DNA from: the human T2T-CHM13v2.0 reference genome, Homo sapiens | Direction: 5' to 3' (one strand) | NCBI RefSeq assembly: GCF_009914755.1 | Contig: NC_060936.1 | Length of the DNA: 64,000 bases | Shown: piece after piece, positions 13,621 to 25,460 of the stretch | How the letters are laid out: each line of letters opens with the position of its first letter | How positions within the stretch are numbered: the stretch's first letter is position 1 | Notes under the pieces: model-generated | What the model was told of the DNA's origin: nothing | Database searches by the model: none | Seen by the model: only the letters and a program-made list of their open reading frames with translations | Position numbers and translations under genes: made by a program

Positions 13621-14289
13621 CAGGGTTAAAAACTGCTACTGTCCGAAACACAGTTCAATGCATAAATGGCTTTCTGCCCTGAATGTGGGAGACATAGTGA
13701 CACAAAAATTTTCCCAAATGTGGTTAAATTTCCAGATAATAAATTACAAACATGTGGCTGAAAAAATGGTTTCCTCTGTCTTTAATATTTCTTTCTCCAA
13801 ATACATTCTGGCTTTTTATTGCATTGGAAGTATGTGTCCTGATAGGACTACATACTGGTTTATGTAAATATGATTTTTATATGAGCTAGCCACCTGAGTA
13901 TAGATTATTGTTTGTGCATTCTAATTGTTATGTGAGTGGTGCTAGTGTGGCCAGCATCTTCTTTGACACTTTGGAGTCTTCAGGGAAAGTGGAATGTGTG
14001 AGAGTCAGTATTTCTTCAGTTCAACTTTGAAGCTCTAAAGATCTTCACCCATTCCTGAAGCTGGGGTTGGGGAAACAGCCCATGTTGCAAACCTGAAAAA
14101 AAGAGAACTAATTCTATTCTGGTGTCCAAATTAAGATCCTTAGGCTAATAATGTGCTTATATCTTCATTTGGCTCTTGTTCATTTGTATTTATTCAAATA
14201 GGTAGAACTCAGAATTGGGAGAACTGATGAGTCATTTTCAATTAATATTTTTACTGTCATTATAAAGTCATCTATTAAAAAACTCATAA

Positions 14290-14590
14290 AAAAGTGGATG
14301 CAAATTGTCACATATTGCATGATTCTATTTATATGAATTGTGCAGAAGAAGCAATTCTGTAGAGATAGAAGCAGATTAGCCATTATCAAGGACTGAAGGT
14401 GGAAAAGGATTGTGATTACAAATGGTCACAAGTTTCCTCTTTGGAGTTATGGAAATGTTCTAAAATTAGATGGTGGCGATGGTTGTACAACTCTGTAAAT
14501 TTACTATAAATCATAAAATAGCACGCAGAAATGAGTGAATTACATGGTATGTACATATAGCTGCTTCAAAAATAATAAAAACAAAAACTT
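14290..14590 (+). mobile_element. Old L1 3' UTR (L1MB/L1ME-like)
   Basis: ATGGAAATGTTCTAAAATTAGAT...ATGGTTGTACAACTCTGTAAAT. Confidence 0.75.
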
Positions 14591-14972
14591 CGAGCTCATC
14601 AAAAAGTACTATAGATTAATATCTTAGCCAGGTGGATCTCAAATGAAAACTACAGGTAAAATACTGGTTTCTAGGAAGGCCAAACCAGATAAGCAGCTTT
14701 TCTTGGGGCAGGAGTTTTCTTGACAATGTGCTGTACAAGTTATTATACTGGCACTCATTACAAAAGAGCCTAAAACCAAGACACATAGGTGTTTACATTT
14801 CTGTTTTATTCCATAGCAAAGATAAAGCATGGAACTGCAAGCACCCTTCCCACTTTGTTATTAACTGTGTAAAGAGTTAAAATCATGAAAGATAAGTACT
14901 ATTACTATTCCCATTACATTGATGAGGAAATTAAGGCCCAAAGTTGCATAAAGGTTCAGATACTACTAAGTA

Positions 14973-15301
14973 CAGGTTGAATATCTCATATCTGAAATGC
15001 TTGAGACTAGAGTGTTTTGGACCTCAGATTTTTGTGACCTTTGAAATATTTGCATATGTATAATAGTTATCTTGGGGATGGGACCCAAGTCTAAACATGA
15101 GACTCATTTATGTTTCATATATGCCTTATATACATATCTAAAAAGTAATTTTGTGGAACATTTTAATAACCTTATCCATGAAACAAAGTGTGTGTACGTG
15201 AGATCAAGTGTGAAATATTCCACTTGTGGCATCATATTGGGGCTCAAAAAGTTTCAGATTTTGGAATCTTTTTGATTTGGGGATTAGCGATACATAAACT
15301 T
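14973..15301. mobile_element. Tigger4/MER46 (TcMar) non-autonomous element inserted in a MIR
   Basis: TA|CAGGTTGAATATC terminus; CTTGGGGATGGGACCCAAGTCTAAAC; MIR sequence on both sides. Confidence 0.8.
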
Positions 15302-15484
15302 TAGTGAATGTAGACTCAATCCCAAAGTCAAATGGTTCAAAATACTGATTTTGTTTTTTCTGCATTAAAAAGGGGATCTTGGGACTTAAGGCTCAGAGTT
15401 ACAGAAGAGTGTGGATACAAGAAAGTGGCAAATATGGGACTCAATCCAAAAGTTATATGGCTCCAAGTCCTGATTTTTAAATGT

Positions 15485-18400
15485 ATTTTAAATTTATTTT
15501 TTATATTTGTTGTGGGTACACAGTCAGTATTTATATAGATAGATGTATATATGTATATATATGTCTATATATATGTGTGTGTCTATATATATATATATAG
15601 ACACACACACATATGTATATGGGGTACACAAGATATTTTTATAGAGGCATACAATGCATAATAATCCCAACAGGGTAAATGGGGGCACCCATCATCTCAA
15701 GCATTTATCCTTTCTTTGTTTTACAAACAACCCAGTTATACACTTTTCATTTATTCATTTATTTTTTGCCCACCAAAAAATTTTATTTGGATTTTCACTT
15801 TATCTCTAGTCCATATAAATCAACATTATCTGCATTTTTGGTTGGCAGATATAAACTTCAGCCCTGCTTCTGCTAAAATTACAGCAAAACTTTAATTATG
15901 TTATATTGAACTATTAGGGTTATATTTTAATGATGGTTTTCAAGTCAAATTCTTTTTTTTTCGATTCTTTTTATTATTATTATTATACTTTAAGTTCTAG
16001 GGTACATGTGCACAACATGCAGGTTTGATACATAGGTATACACGTGCCATGTTGGTTTGCTGCACCCATCAACTCATCATTTACATTAGGTATTTCTCCT
16101 AATGCTATCCCTCCCCTAGCCCCCCACCCCCCGACAGGCCCCAGTGTGTGATGTTCCCTGCCCTTTGTCCAAGTGATCTCGTTGTTCAATTTACACCTAT
16201 GAGTGAGAACATGTGGTGTTTAAGGACAGAAAACCATACACTTTTACTTTTAAATGTACCATAAATTATTGTTGACTGTAGTCACCCTATTGTGCTATCA
16301 AATACTAGATCTTATTCAATCTATATAACTATATTTTTTACCAGCTGACCATCCCCACTTCCACCCCATTCCATTACTCTTCCCAATCTCTGATAACTCA
16401 TCACTCTACTCTAATCTCCTAAGTTCAATTGCTTTAATTTTTAGCTCCCACAAATAAATGAGAACATGCATGGTTTGTCTTTCTGTCCTGGCTTATTTCA
16501 CCTAATGTAATGTCCTCCACTTCCATCCATGTTGCTGCAAATGGTGGGATATCATTATTTTTATGTCTCAATAGTAGTTCTTTGGGTATATGTACCACAT
16601 TTTCTTTACCTGTTCATCTGTCGATGGATGCAGGTTGCTTTGAAATCTTGGTTATTTTGAATATTGCTGCATCAAACACAGGAGTGCAGATATCTCTATG
16701 ATATACTCACTACCTTTTTGAAGGGGGTCGGGGGGGCGCATATACTGAGCAGTGAGATTGCTGGATCATACGGTAGTTCTATTTCAGTGCTTTTGAAGAA
16801 CCTCTGAACTGTTCTCCACAGTGGCTGTATTAATTTACATTCCCACCAACAATGTATGAAGTTTCATTTTCCTCTACATCCTCATCAGCATTTGATATTG
16901 CCTTTCTTTGTGATAAAAGCCATTTTAACTGAGGTGAGATAATGTATCATTGTAGTTTGGATTTGCATTTCTCTGATGACCAATGATGTTAAGCACTTTT
17001 TGAAATATACTTATTTGACATTTGTATGTCTTTTTTGAGAAATATCTATTCAGATTATTTGCCCATTTTTTAGATTGGATTACTAGTTTTTTTTTTTCCC
17101 CCATTGAGCTGATGTAACTCTTTATATATTCTGGTTTTTAGTTTCTTATGAGATGGATAGTTTGCAAATATCCTCTTCCATTCTGTTGGTTGTTTCTTCG
17201 CTTTGTTGTTTCCTTTGCTGTTCAAAAGCTTTTTAACTCGATGTGATAAACTTTGTCTACTTTTTGTCTACTTGCCTGTCCTTTTGGGGTATTACTCAAG
17301 AAATCTTTGCCTAGATCAATGTCCTGAAAAGTTTCCTCAATGTTTTCTTTTAATAGTTGAATAGGTTGAGGTCTTAGATTTAAGGCTAATCAATTTTAAT
17401 TTGATTTTTATATATGTTAAGAGATAGGGGTCTAGTTCTAGTTTTCTGCGTATGGACATTCAGTTTTTCCCCAACCCCATTTATTGAAGAGACTGTCCCT
17501 TCCCTAATGTATGTTCTTGATATCTTTGTTAAAAATGAGTTCACTTTAGATATATGGATTTATTTCTGGGCTGTCTATTCTGTTCCATTAGTTTATGTGT
17601 CTGCTTTATACCAGTACCATGCTGGTTTTGTTATTATAGATTTGTAGGGTAATTTGAAGTCAAGTGAAGTAATTTCTCCAGTTTTGTTCTTTATGCTCAG
17701 GTTAACTTTGGATATTTTGAGTCTTTTATGATTCCATGTAAATTTTAGGATTATTTATTGTATTTCTTTGAAGGATGTCATTGATATTTTGATAGAGATT
17801 GCACTGAATCTGTAGATTACTTTGGGGAGTATAGACATTTTAACAATATTGATTCTTCAAATCCATGAACATGGAATATATTTTCATTTTTTGGTGCTCT
17901 CTTCAATTTCTTGCTTCAATGTTTTATAGTTTTCATTGTGGAGATCTTTCATTTCTTTGGCTAAATTTATTTCTAGGTATGTTATATCATATGTAGCTAT
18001 TGTAAAGGATTACTTACTTGATTTCTTTTTGAAATTGTTCACTGTTGGCATATAGAAATGCTACTAATTTTTGCATGTTGACTTTGTATCCTGCAACTTT
18101 ATTGTATTTGTTTATCAGTTCTGATAGCTTTTTTGCTGGAATTTTTACATTTTTCCAGACATAAGATTATGTCATCTGCAAACAAGAATAATTTGACTTC
18201 TTCCTTTCCAATTTTGATGTATTTGTTTTTCTTTCTCTTGTCTGATTGCTCTAGCTAGGACTTCCAGCCCTATGCTGAATAACAATGGTGAAAATGGGCA
18301 TCCTTGTCTTGTTCCAGATCTCAGAGGAAATGCTTTCAGTTTTCCTTGTTCAGTATGATACCAGCTATGGGTCTGTCATATATGGCTTTTCTTGTGTAAG

Positions 18401-18835
18401 GTATGCCCCTTCTATACTCAGTTGCTTGAAGGTTTTTATCATGAGTGGATGTTGGATTTCATCAAATGCTTTTTCAGCATCAACCGAAATGGTCATTGGG
18501 TTTTTGTCCTTCATCGTGTTCATATAAGATATTACATTAATTTGTATATGTTGAGCCATCTTTGCATCCCTGAAATAATCCCTCTTGGTCATGATGAATA
18601 ATCTTTTTAATGTGTTGTTCAAATCAGTTTACTAGTATTTTGTCGAGGATATTTTTTTTTCAACAGTGTTCCTCAGGGATATTGGCCTGTAGTGTTTTGT
18701 TTGTTTGTTTGTTTGTTTTTTGTTTTTGTTTTTGTTTTTATGTGTCTTTGGCCTTATAGGATGAGTTTGGAAGTATTATCTTCGCTGTTTTTCAGAATAG
18801 TTTGAGTATAATTCATATTAGTTCTTTAAATGTTA
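15485..18835 (-). mobile_element. 5'-truncated L1 (L1MA2/3-like): 3' UTR plus decayed ORF2
   Basis: CTCAAGCATTTATCCTT...ACAAACAA; antisense ORF2; ORF 18365-18622 ([15 protein letters not shown]) is an RT fragment. Confidence 0.9.
15748..16235 (-). mobile_element. Short L1PA insertion with ~185-bp 3' transduction and 14-bp 5' inversion
   Basis: L1PA 3' end at ~15951-16221; unique segment 15768-15950 with AATAAA on minus strand (15782-15787); TSD ATACACTTTT at 15738-15747 / 16236-16245. Confidence 0.85.
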
Positions 18836-18926
18836 GATCTATTTTTTTTTCTCACCACATTAGTAAAGGGTACTTGTAATTTAAAACTTCAAAAACGTGA
18901 ACGGGAGAAATTTTTTCACTAAACTC

Positions 18927-19178
18927 TGTTAAGTCAATCTTATCAGAGGCCACTGGTTTGGACTGAGCACCTGCACTAGACTCAGTAGGGCAAACCAAAA
19001 TGAAGTTACACATAATGAATGAAGTTCACACCACCAAGTCATTTATCTAACCTTCCTGGAAATCAGAAGAATGAGCAAAAATAACCAAATTTCCAAACAG
19101 GCCAGTTTTAGCTGGCACAAAAAGGTAGTCTTATCCACTTTAACTTTTATCTGAAAAATAACCTTCAAAAGACCAACT
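18927..19178 (+). mobile_element. ERV1-class LTR 5' fragment (MER4 group; subfamily not assigned)
   Basis: GGTTTGGACTGAGCACCTGCACTAG...CAAACCAAAATG...CAAACAGGCCAGTTTTAGC. Confidence 0.55.
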
Positions 19179-19325
19179 GGCCATGGGCATGGTGGCTCAC
19201 ACCTGTATCTCAGCACTTTGGGAGGCCAAAGTGGGAGAATCACTTGAAGCCAGGGGTTTGAGACCAGCCTGGGCAACTCAGTGAGACCTCATCTCTAGAA
19301 AAAGTAAATAAATAATAATAATAAT
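19179..19325 (+). mobile_element. FLAM / free left Alu monomer
   Basis: Single monomer, GAGACCAGCCTGGGCAAC, A-rich tail. Confidence 0.8.
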
Positions 19326-19442
19326 TTTAAAAGATTTAAAAGAAAACTGTGTAAATACCTCTTGGTAAATATTATAGTAAAGGACATTTTTGGTTAGGTT
19401 TTATTATTAAGAATTTTAAACATATGTCCATTTTTTTACTAC

Positions 19443-19750
19443 TTTTTTTTTTTTTTTTTTTTTTTGAGACAGAGTCTCACTCTGTCGCCCAGGCTGGAGT
19501 GCAGTGGCACAACCTCGGCTCACTGCAAGCTCCACCTCCCAGGTTCACGTCATTCTCCTGCCTGCCTCAGGCTCCCGAGTAGCTGGGACTACATGTGCCC
19601 GCCACCACGCCCGCCTAATTTTTTGTATTTTTAGTAGAGACAGGGTTTCACCGTGTTAGCCAGGATTGTCTTGATCTCCTGACCTTGTGATCCGCCCGCC
19701 TCGGCCTCCCGAAGTGCTGGGATTACAGGCTTGAGCCACGCACCCGGCCC
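19443..19750 (-). mobile_element. AluY, inserted at the tail of an L1PA
   Basis: CTGCAAGCTCC, GGTTCACG, CCGTGTTAGCCAGGAT; CCATTTTTT(T/A)ACT flanking repeats. Confidence 0.92.
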
Positions 19751-19751
19751 C

Positions 19752-20408
19752 ATTTTTTAACTTCTATTTTAAGTTCAGGGGTACATGTGCAGGTTGGTTA
19801 AATAGGTAAACTTGTGTCATGGGAGTTTGTTGTACAGGTTATTTCACCACATGGGTATTAAGCCTAGTACCCATTTATTCTTCCTGATCCTCTCCCTCCT
19901 TCTACCCTCCACCCTTCAACAGAAGCTAGTGTATGTTGTTCCCCTCTATGTGCCCATGTGCTCTCATCACTTAGCTCCCACTTATGAGTGAGAACACGTG
20001 GTATTTGGTTTTCTGTTCCTGTGTTAGTTTGCTAAGGATAATGACCTGCGGCTCCATCCATATCCCTACAAAAGACATGATCTCATTCTTTTTTTGTGGC
20101 TGTATAGTATTGCATGGTATGTATGTACCACATTTTCTTTATCCAGTCTATCATTGATGAGCATTTAAGTTGATTCCATGTCTTTGCTATTGTGGTTAGT
20201 GCTGCAATGAACATATGCATGCATTCATGTGTCTTTTTAACAGAATAATGTATATTCCTTTGGGCATATACCCAATAATGGGATTGCTGGGTCAAATGGT
20301 ATTTTAGTCTTTAGGTCTTTGAGGAATTGCCACACTGTCTTCCACAATGGTTGAGCTAATTTGGATTCCCACCAACAGTGTATAAAGCATTCCTTTTCCT
20401 CCATAGCT
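19752..20408 (-). mobile_element. 5'-truncated older L1PA (L1PA13-like) 3' end
   Basis: TTTTAAGTTCAGGGGTACATGTGCAGG; GTATTAAGCCTAGTACCCATT. Confidence 0.85.
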
Positions 20409-20536
20409 ATACCTACACTATGTATTATTTGTTTACTCTTAAGATTGAGCATAATTGTTTTCTACAGCTTCCAGTTGCATACGAGAGTTAGTATTGCAGA
20501 TAAAATTATATAAGTTCTATAAGAAAACCAATTTGC

Positions 20537-20674
20537 GGCTGGGTGCAGTGGCTCACGCCTGTAATCCCAGCACTTTGGGAGGCCGAGGCAGGCGGATCAC
20601 GAGGTCAGGAGATGGAGACCATCCTGGCTAACACAGGGAAACCCCGTCTCTGCTAAAAGTACAAAAAAGAAAAA
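20537..20674 (+). mobile_element. AluY/Sc-type left monomer only, with perfect TSD
   Basis: GGATCACGAGGTCAGGAGAT..GACCATCCTGGCTAACAC; TSD AAGAAAACCAATTTGC at 20521-20536 / 20675-20690. Confidence 0.9.
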
Positions 20675-21229
20675 AAGAAAACCAATTTGCACAGCACCCT
20701 GCTCCATACATTGTTGTTCATAGGGAGCATCAAACTTATTTTTAAATGAAGCAGTCTATATGCAAATTGGTAACTTTGATCTGCCCAAAATTGTAGAACA
20801 ATTTGATCTGCGGTTTTGGAGTTTGGTTAAATTGAAAAGAAAAAAAAAGCCCTGGTGATTTTATGAGTGGGTGAAAAATATTTGAGTTTAAAAAGTTTGC
20901 TTCCCTGCTTTGTAATGATTTTAACTACAATGAATTAAGAGGAAGTAGGCTTTTTCCTGTATTTTATAGATGACAAAGCAACAGTAGTATCAATCTGTGG
21001 AAATTAAAACATGATTCAGATCTTGGTTTATTAGGACAGAAAGCCTTATTCTTTAGAGATATGCTTTTTAAAAACATAGAAATGAAAACCTGAATGGCCA
21101 CTTCTGTTAAGGAATCAGGTCTTCGTTACTGTGTTTAAATGCAGATTGCATGGGTCAGGTAGACATTCCAGAAAGATAGTTAAGCAATCAAGGGATATTT
21201 TTTTTTTCTTCAGTTCACATACCTGAAGT

Positions 21230-21605
21230 ATTTCTGCAAGGATAGAAAGGTGCAATAAGGTTCATGGCCAAAACTCCTATAACAAAAGACAGGTTAAAAA
21301 AAGAAAAGCATAACAAGTTTATTTATTCAAAGTTTTATGTGACATTGAAGCCTTCAGAAATGAATACCCAAAGGCTCAGGGAAAGCTATTTTTAATGCTT
21401 AGACTTGATGAAGAATAAACCTCCATGGGGAAGAAGAATTCTAGTTTCTATGGCCTGTCTTAGGGAGGAAGGGGAGACAAAGAAAAAAAGGGTAGGAGAA
21501 GATCAGAAATAGACATTATTTCTAAGACTCTTCCAGAGTTCTTCAGTCCAAAGTCCTCAGTATGCCAAAGCACTATATTTTGGGATATCATTCTGAGCCC
21601 CAACA
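21230..21605 (-). mobile_element. ERV1 solo LTR, MER39/MER93-like
   Basis: Minus strand starts TGTTGGGGCTCAGAATGATATCCCAAAATATAGTGCTTTGGCATACTGAG. Confidence 0.65.
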
Positions 21606-22883
21606 TTTCCAAGGATAGGTATATAGTTATTATCCGTACTGCATGGCTGAAATGTAGAACTGTCAGGAAACAGATGAGAAGGATCCTGGGAAAGCTGAAA
21701 ACTGTGTCCACTTCACTGCAGAAGTACAATCTGACAAGATGTTTAGAAGAGGCCAAGAGTTTGGACCAATAAACTTTAAGTTATCTTGCAATTCTAGAAT
21801 ATAATATTTTCTTTCTTTTGAAATTCATTAATAATTATTGTTGTTTTTAATTGAGTGGGTTCATTAGAGTTATTGTTGCTTTTGATTGTGTTGACTTTTA
21901 ATATATAGAATGACAAATGCAGTGATAGGGAAGTAGAGTTTTGAAGACAGAATCCTAAAGTATCATTTCTTTATCACTATGTTTAATGCTTTGAGTAGCT
22001 TGAAAGCTTTCTTAACAATAAGCACTATCTGTTGTTTTCCTCATGAGTTGTGCAGACATTTTGAAACAATCTATAAAAAATATTCTTCTCCATTCTCTTT
22101 ATATAATACAACTACATCTGCTGAGAGATATTGAATGATAGAACTTTGGCTAGACCTTCTAGCGGGTCATCAGAGGAACATTCACACCCTCTTTTAACTC
22201 TCATGAATTGGTATGGGAATGTGTGATATTGACTTCTTTAAGACATATCTTGGGAAATTGACCTTTTAATTGTTACATTTGCTTACATGTGGTGTAGTCA
22301 TTGTAGAGAACATAAAAGAGCACCTGAACATAATGGGTTCAGGGTGTACACATTTGGAATCAGAAGCTGAAAAGACCCAAATTATTTTGAAAAGAAAAGA
22401 GAAAAACTTGAATGGTCTGAACATGCATTATAGATGGAGAAGGTTTGGTAATTTGCAGCTGAGAAAATAAGGTTGAAATGACTGTATGTTGAGAAATTTT
22501 TTCTAAGTATGACGTGTGCTATATACTCCTCTCTCTCTCTGAAATCTTTAATAAATGATACATTGTTCACAATCTCATTAGTATGAGTGGATTCTCCCCA
22601 ATAAATGAATATCCCTATTTGGTCTTGTCTCAAATCCTGGCATGTGGCAAAAATAAAGATTCTACTAATGGTCAATTCAAGATATGAGTTTCCATCCTCA
22701 GTCATTAGATTTCAGTAAGAGCATGACAGCTGCCACCAGTGATAAACTTCCTCAATTAAAGATGGTAAGAAGAGGGTAGAGAAGAAAAGAGGTTAAAAAA
22801 AATGTCTTTTGAATGTAAACCTATATACTTTGTAATAAAGAATGAAGAACAATTTCTAATCATATCTGAACTACAACTATTTT

Positions 22884-22886
<3 letters not shown>

Positions 22887-22923
<37 letters not shown>
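22887..22923. repeat. (TA)n microsatellite
   Basis: Seen directly. Confidence 0.95.
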
Positions 22924-22925
<2 letters not shown>

Positions 22926-23386
22926 AACACACAAATTAAACAGTGCCAAGAGCTTTCATTTACTGTATTTTCAATTGCACATATGCCAAAATTATTTACA
23001 TAATAAACCAAATCCACTGCCCGAAAATCATCTTTCAATGATGTACGAATTCACCACTTGTAGCTCAGATACCTGCCACCGGTAACGTTTGGGGCTGAGA
23101 AACTCAGATATTTCCTACTGGTAACAGTCCTACAGAACCATAGCTGGAAAGACTTAGCCATAATCAACAGAAGTGTTGTTAAAGAATCATTTCACACTAT
23201 AGTTGTTTTCAAACTTCACTGTTTTCACCACTGACAGATCCCGCCTGGTAAATTTATCTTTGTAAACATCCTTTGTAAATCCTGCTACTGCGACTTGTTA
23301 GAAAACTCCACTCCTGCTATGTATTTTCTCACTTTCTTAAAGGTAGGAACTAGGGAAGTATGTGAAAATCTGAGATTTTACCTTTT

Positions 23387-23470
23387 GTTTTTCAAGAGAA
23401 TTAAATCGTTTATTGATTACAAATGGTGATGGATGATAGATACACAAGCTTCACTCCCATCTATAATTTT
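23387..23470 (-). pseudogene. HNRNPA1: ~80-bp processed retrocopy of the extreme 3' UTR of HNRNPA1 mRNA
   Basis: Minus strand AAAATTATAGATGGGAGTGAAGCTTGTGTATC...TGTAATCAATAAACGATTTAATTCTCTTG plus short A tail matches my recall of the HNRNPA1 3' end; 15-bp TSD with 1 mismatch (23372-23386 / 23479-23493). Confidence 0.75.
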
Positions 23471-23955
23471 TGGTTCTGGAGAGTTTACCTTTTATGAATA
23501 GCAGTCTCATTTTGCTTAATCCTATTTTTTTATGCTTTGCTTTCCTCTTAGCCCCTGTAAATTGTTCGACATTGCCCAGCTTCTTGTGATAACAAAAGTC
23601 AGTTTTGATCATTTGCATCAATGGGAATACAGGATGTAAATTTTGAAGTTTGAGGAAAAGCCATCGGCAAGTCAGAACAAGTTGAAAGTGTCAGGGCAGG
23701 TCTTCTGAGATCAAGCAAAAATGCCAAGGCCAAGCGAAATTATGGGAACAACTTGTTTAACTGCGATAAAAATGCTAATAAAATACTTTTACATGACTTC
23801 AAGGCAAAAGGCTTAGAGGGTTTGTGAGCTGGTGAAACAGAGAGAATATGACTGGGGAGGTGGCACAACAGAAGTCATTTCTCTGAACAGCGCCCAGTGA
23901 TTCCCTCTATATATCTAGTTGAGTCCTAGTAATGTCAAAATAGAGATAGAACGGG

Positions 23956-24691
23956 TGTAAGCTCCCAAGGAGCTCTCTTTGCCCACTGTCCAGATAAAGC
24001 CAATTTATCAAGACAGGGGAACTGCAATAGGGAAAGAGTTTAATTCACACAGAACTGGCTAAAGAGGAGACTAGAGTGCTATTACTCAAATCTGTCTCTG
24101 AAAATTCAGAGGTATGGGTTTTTCAAGGGTACTCTGATGAGCAGAAGGCAAGGAGAATGGTTGCTGCTGATTCATTGAGGATGCAATAATAGGGGTATAA
24201 AAAATTGTCCTCATGCACTGAGTCCATTTCTGATTGGGGGGCCATAGAAGCAGTTGAGTGGTTGCAGGTCCCAGTGGAACTATCCAGTCATTAGAAATGC
24301 AAAAATCTGAAAGAACATCTCAAAAGGCCAAGCTTAGGTTCTCCAATAATTATGTTATCTGCTGAAGTAATTGAGGCAGTTGCAAATCTTGCGACCTCTG
24401 GAATAATAGCTGGTAATCATTTAACCATGCCTACATCTTAGCAGAATTCAAGCCCCTCTCATCCTCCTAACCTGATTATATTTTATCAGTTTTACAAAAG
24501 TGGTTTACCTTTTGGGAAGGGCTATTATCATTTAAACTATAAACTAAATTTATCTCAAAGTTAGCTTGGCCCAACGCCAAGAATGACCAAGAGCAGTTTG
24601 GAAGTTAAAGGCAAGACAGGAATTTGTTAGATCAGATCTCTTTCACTGTCATAATTTTCTCACTGTTATAATTTTTGCAAAGGCAGTTTAA
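23956..24691 (-). mobile_element. ERV1 solo LTR, LTR8 family
   Basis: Minus strand starts ~AAACTGCCTTTGCAAAAATTATAACAGTGAGAAAATTATGACAGTGAAAGAGATCTG; flanks CGGG / TGGG. Confidence 0.8.
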
Positions 24692-24764
24692 TGGGGACAA
24701 CAAACAAATTATCCACTGTAAATGCAAAGAACTTGACAAGTATTCAATGCACATGAAGATCATA

Positions 24765-25008
24765 AGATGCAGTAGAAAATAGGATTTTTAGTCAAAATGC
24801 TCAGATTAAAATCCCAGATCTGCCTCTCACTAGCTGTATTTTTAAAAGCAGATTATAGCTCTGAGACATGGTTTTGTCATTTTGATAAAATAAAGATTTA
24901 ATGCCACGCAGTTTATATAATGAGTTCATAGGTTATTTTAAGAGTAGAATGAGATAATTTAAACAAAAGTAATTTGTAAAGTGCCTTGCACATTTAGTTT
25001 TTATTATT
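24765..25008 (+). mobile_element. MIR
   Basis: AAATCCCAGATCTGCCTCTCACTAGCTGT...ATGAGATAAT...TGTAAAGTGC. Confidence 0.55.
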
Positions 25009-25309
25009 AATCATAGTAATTAAGATACATGACATAAAAGTACTTGGCAATGTATCCTTTAAATGCCAAATAAATCTTAATTTTGCTATTATTATAAATA
25101 ATGAAATTATCAATAAACCTAACCCTCATCTGCTTTCTTTATCCAAAAGTAAATAAAAACAAATGCAAAGCATTAAAACCAGGATGGTATGCCCTACTAT
25201 AATGTATTTTCTGATTATCTTAGAATTTTTTTTTCCAAAAAAGAATATGCTTATTTCTGCCTTGTAATTGAGTTAGTGATTGAAAATAAAGCTAATATAT
25301 TATATACTT

Positions 25310-25460
25310 AAGACCAACTATGTTTGATACTGTGCTGGCATCTTACTGTCTATTTGTGTAATCCTGCAGAAGCCCTATAACATAGTTCTCATCCTTTCAT
25401 TTCTAGTGTAAATGCTGAGAATAAGAGTAGTTAAATAACTGGCCCCAACAGACCCGACTC
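25310..25460 (-). mobile_element. MIR fragment
   Basis: ACTGTGCTGG...AATCCT...CCCTAT...GTTAAATAACT. Confidence 0.4.

Noticed and set aside
15303-15480. Two similar GACTCAATCC...AAAGT...CTGATTTT segments
   Set aside because: Both are MIR-derived; cannot distinguish local duplication from independent MIR remnants
19720-19750. GGCTCAAGCC variant (minus strand) suggesting an Old World monkey AluY
   Set aside because: Single substitution; AluYb8 and SVA in the same window indicate human
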